Source: Candidatus Synechococcus spongiarum SP3
Lineage (GTDB): Bacteria > Cyanobacteriota > Cyanobacteriia > PCC-6307 > Cyanobiaceae
DNA length: 64,000 nt
Assembly (NCBI GenBank): GCA_001007665.1
Contig: JXQG01000002.1
Coordinates: forward strand, 14,639 to 78,638
Direction: 5' to 3'
Shown: piece after piece, positions 61,765 to 64,000 of the stretch
Layout: every line of letters starts with the position of its first letter
Position numbering within the stretch: the stretch's first letter is position 1
Made by a program: the position numbers and the translations under genes
The notes under the pieces: generated by a model
Databases searched by the model: none
Seen by the model: only the letters and a program-made list of their open reading frames with translations
Told to the model about the DNA's origin: nothing

Positions 61765-62154
61765 AAAAGTTGCTATAGGGGTAGATGAGAAATGAGGATG
61801 ATCACCTACAGGGACTTCCCTGGCCTCCTGAGACACCTATGCTGTGATTGGCCAATAAAATCTTCATATCTACTTAAAGTTCAAACAGACACATGTCATT
61901 CAAGCTGGAATCCACCATAAAAGAGGCACCACCACAGCAATCAGAACCCACTACCTCGCCGCTCATAGTTCAGATCACCAGTTGGGCGAATGTTAAGGGT
62001 TCTGACTTTATCTCTGTCGTTCCCCGAGAGGCCACCATCATCTTCTGATTATGAGTCCTGAGCGATAGCATCCAGGAGGTTCTACGTCACTGCTTGTGCG
62101 GACGCTGCGGCGTTGGTTTGCAAGGATGAAGGAGGCGCATCATCCATCATGCGT

Positions 62155-62349
62155 CTAGAAACGAGACTCGTTGAGTTGCCAGTAGACATCGTTACCTTTT
62201 AAGGAGTAATTGTTCTGAATTAGCTCGAAGGGTGTCAGTCCATAGGTGTTCCGTGCATTGAGATCAGCGCCAGCATCCAGCAAAGCCTTCACCACTGCTG
62301 GGGTCTCCCTATTTCCCACAGATGCAGTCTCTGCTCTGATAAAGTGAGA
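62155..62349 (-). pseudogene. C-terminal fragment of a second ankyrin-repeat gene
   Basis: The minus-strand frame reads ..GNRETPAVVKALLDAGADLNARNTYGLTPFELIQNNYSLKGNDVYWQLNESRF*. It has no start codon and is bounded upstream by a stop. Confidence 0.5.
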
Positions 62350-62373
62350 TTAGCTAAAAATCGAGTAACCACG

Positions 62374-62511
62374 TTAAAGCTTCCCGAGGGAGAGCTTGCC
62401 CCCTCTGATGCGCTGGCGACCTGAGGGGAGCAACCGGTGACGCTCCCACTCCTCCAAGGTCTTGGCAAAATCATTCAGACAGCAGAACAAGGCAATGGCA
62501 AAATCTCCCAT
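62374..62511 (-). pseudogene. N-terminal fragment of an IS982-like transposase
   Basis: MGDFAIALFCCLNDFAKTLEEWERHRLLPSGRQRIRGGKLSL resembles the IS982-family N-terminus (..F..(I/L)DDFC..F...W....L......R.R...LS.SE). It is truncated after 45 codons. Confidence 0.4.
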
Positions 62512-62621
62512 CGGTGGGCTTTCTGTTTGTGTGGTGCAGATGGAGTTCTTGCATTCCCTTCCCAAAGCCCTGCAACTCGCCATAAGTCCTGTAGCATCAT
62601 TGCCAAATCCATCCGCTCCCC

Positions 62622-62921
62622 ATGCCTTCCCTGCCTCCTGAGCTCGGTGAGTGGTTAGCGCCAAGTGTCTTCCTGGCAGTGTTGGGGCTGATCCTGGGTC
62701 TGCAAGGCAAGCGGATTGACGAGCAAGGCAGGCGGATTGATGAACTCCGGGCTGACCTGAAGGCGAGTGAAGCCAGGCAACAGCAAGATATGAAGGAGCT
62801 TCGGGCTGAAATGAAGGAAGGCTTTGCCCAGTGCAGGGCTGAGCAGCGGGAAGACAACAGAGCTCTGAACGAGAAGCTGGATCGGCTGGTGGAAGCACTC
62901 CTGACAGCCCAGCAGTCTTAA
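62622..62921 (+). CDS. Small TM plus coiled-coil protein (paralog family, copy 3)
   Basis: LAPSVFLAVLGLILGL (TM), then GKRIDEQGRRIDELRADLKASEARQQQDMKELRAEMKEG...LNEKLDRLVEALLTAQQS. The C-terminal KLDR(L/V)VE(A/S)LL is shared with copy 1. Confidence 0.5.
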   Translation: MPSLPPELGEWLAPSVFLAVLGLILGLQGKRIDEQGRRIDELRADLKASEARQQQDMKELRAEMKEGFAQCRAEQREDNRALNEKLDRLVEALLTAQQS

Positions 62922-63599
62922 AAGGGAGACCATGCGGTTTGCGCCTGGCGCCAGGGAGGCAAAGAACAGGGACCTCCATGGAAGCCTTCAGCAGGGACTA
63001 CGAGCAACCCAGGAACCCCTGAGCAAGGCCGTTGCGGGCATTCCTTCAACCGATTGTGAACCTTTTCCAACCCGAGTTCCGGATCAGCACATCACGAACA
63101 GTTGCCGTTCCCCCACCTGGAAAGGCTGCCGGTTCCTGCAAACCCCTTCCACGGCTGACTTTTCTGGGGAAGAGGGCATCCCACGGGGAAGGTGGAATCA
63201 GGCGCTATCTGATTTGGAAGCTCCCCCACCGACACCCGGCGCCACCGCCAACGAGGCTCCCCAGCCTTCGGTTGGGGCAGCCAGCCGTGTCCACGGGCCA
63301 CGGTGGCCAGAGCCAGGGCCGCGGATGCCCCCACCAGAGGCAGGCCGCAGGACCCGGTGAACTCCTCCATCAGCACACTCCATCAACACAGTGGCCCCAT
63401 GGGGATCCAGCAAGGCGACCCAGCGGGAATTCCAGCCAGCGCTGAAGCTTGCTCTCACGTCCAAATTGAATCTGTTTCTGGTCTGATCCGACTCAACAAC
63501 GGGTTTCATCTGTGCGTCAGGTGAATCTTCTTAACGGATGGCGCTGGATCTCAAAACTGTGCCTGTAGCTTTGGGCACCATTATCAATTTTTCCGCCCC

Positions 63600-64000
63600 A
63601 TGGCTATTGCCCTGGCCGCACTGCTCAAGGAGGGAACCAAGAAGTCCCACACCATGGCTGAGAACACCGGCTTTGTGAGCTGCTTCCTCAAGGGAGTTGT
63701 GGAAAAAGCCAGCTATCGCAAGCTGGTGAGCGATCTCTACTTCGTCTATGGGGCCATGGAGGAAGAAATGGCCAAGCTCAAGGACCATCCCGTGGTGGGT
63801 CCCATTGTGTTTGACCAGCTGAATCGCAAGCAAAGCCTGTCCCAGGACCTGACCTACTACTACGGCGATAACTGGGACAGCCAGGTTCAGCCCTCGGAAT
63901 CGGCCAAGACCTATGTGGCCCGCATCCATCAGGTGGCCGCCCAGGAACCGGAATTGCTGGTGGCCCATGCCTACACCCGCTACATGGGGGACCTCTCCGG
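63600..64000 (+). CDS. ho1: Heme oxygenase 1, N-terminal part; the gene runs past the right window edge
   Basis: MAIALAALLKEGTKKSHTMAENTGFVSCFLKGVVEKASYRKLVSDLYFVYGAMEEEM...LLVAHAYTRYMGDLSG. It is missing from the ORF track because it is open-ended, and the 63531-63968 minus ORF is its antisense artefact. Confidence 0.9.
   Translation, partial: MAIALAALLKEGTKKSHTMAENTGFVSCFLKGVVEKASYRKLVSDLYFVYGAMEEEMAKLKDHPVVGPIVFDQLNRKQSLSQDLTYYYGDNWDSQVQPSESAKTYVARIHQVAAQEPELLVAHAYTRYMGDLS

Overview
This window is a high-GC cyanobacterial chromosome segment. The lineage call rests on psbZ, chlI, heme oxygenase, a CytM-like cytochrome c, sufR next to sufBCDS, ftrC and a PlmA-like GntR regulator. About three quarters is ordinary housekeeping: ruvC, pyrH, frr, tal, ftsI, gyrB, miaA, infC, cysE, secA, ribH, tRNA-Gly, mutS, pnp, rpsN, rpsU, def and gor. 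Between these blocks lie several accessory or decaying islands, some visibly lower in GC.

- **1-6240:** a defence-type operon on the minus strand. It has a multiply broken, 5'-truncated SF2 helicase, an intact 1228-aa Eco57I/PglX-like N6-adenine methyltransferase, and a translationally coupled SIR2-like gene that runs off the left edge.
- **13.3-15.7 kb:** a frameshifted AlbA_2/Schlafen-like gene, an ICMT-family methyltransferase, and an RHH gene coupled to an unknown small membrane protein.
- **22.5-24.5 kb:** an IS graveyard with an IS256 remnant, an internally deleted IS1595-family element and a derived ~293-bp MITE. A second MITE copy lies at 61.5 kb.
- **25.1-27.0 kb:** a tightly coupled, uncharacterised module directly downstream of gyrB. 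A small basic protein ending in YHGYP is followed by a 436-aa protein whose C-terminal ImmA/IrrE-like domain has lost the HExxH motif.
- **40.5-44.6 kb:** a TonB-dependent receptor pseudogene and a Fic pseudogene.
- **50.5 kb:** an orphan relE remnant.
- **59.7-62.5 kb:** a long membrane-anchored ankyrin-repeat gene broken by two frameshifts, plus ankyrin and IS982-like fragments.

Three paralogous small genes encoding an N-terminal TM helix plus a coiled coil sit at three of these rearrangement hot spots. I saw no CRISPR array and no rRNA. All functional calls come from reading motifs in the translations, not from database searches.
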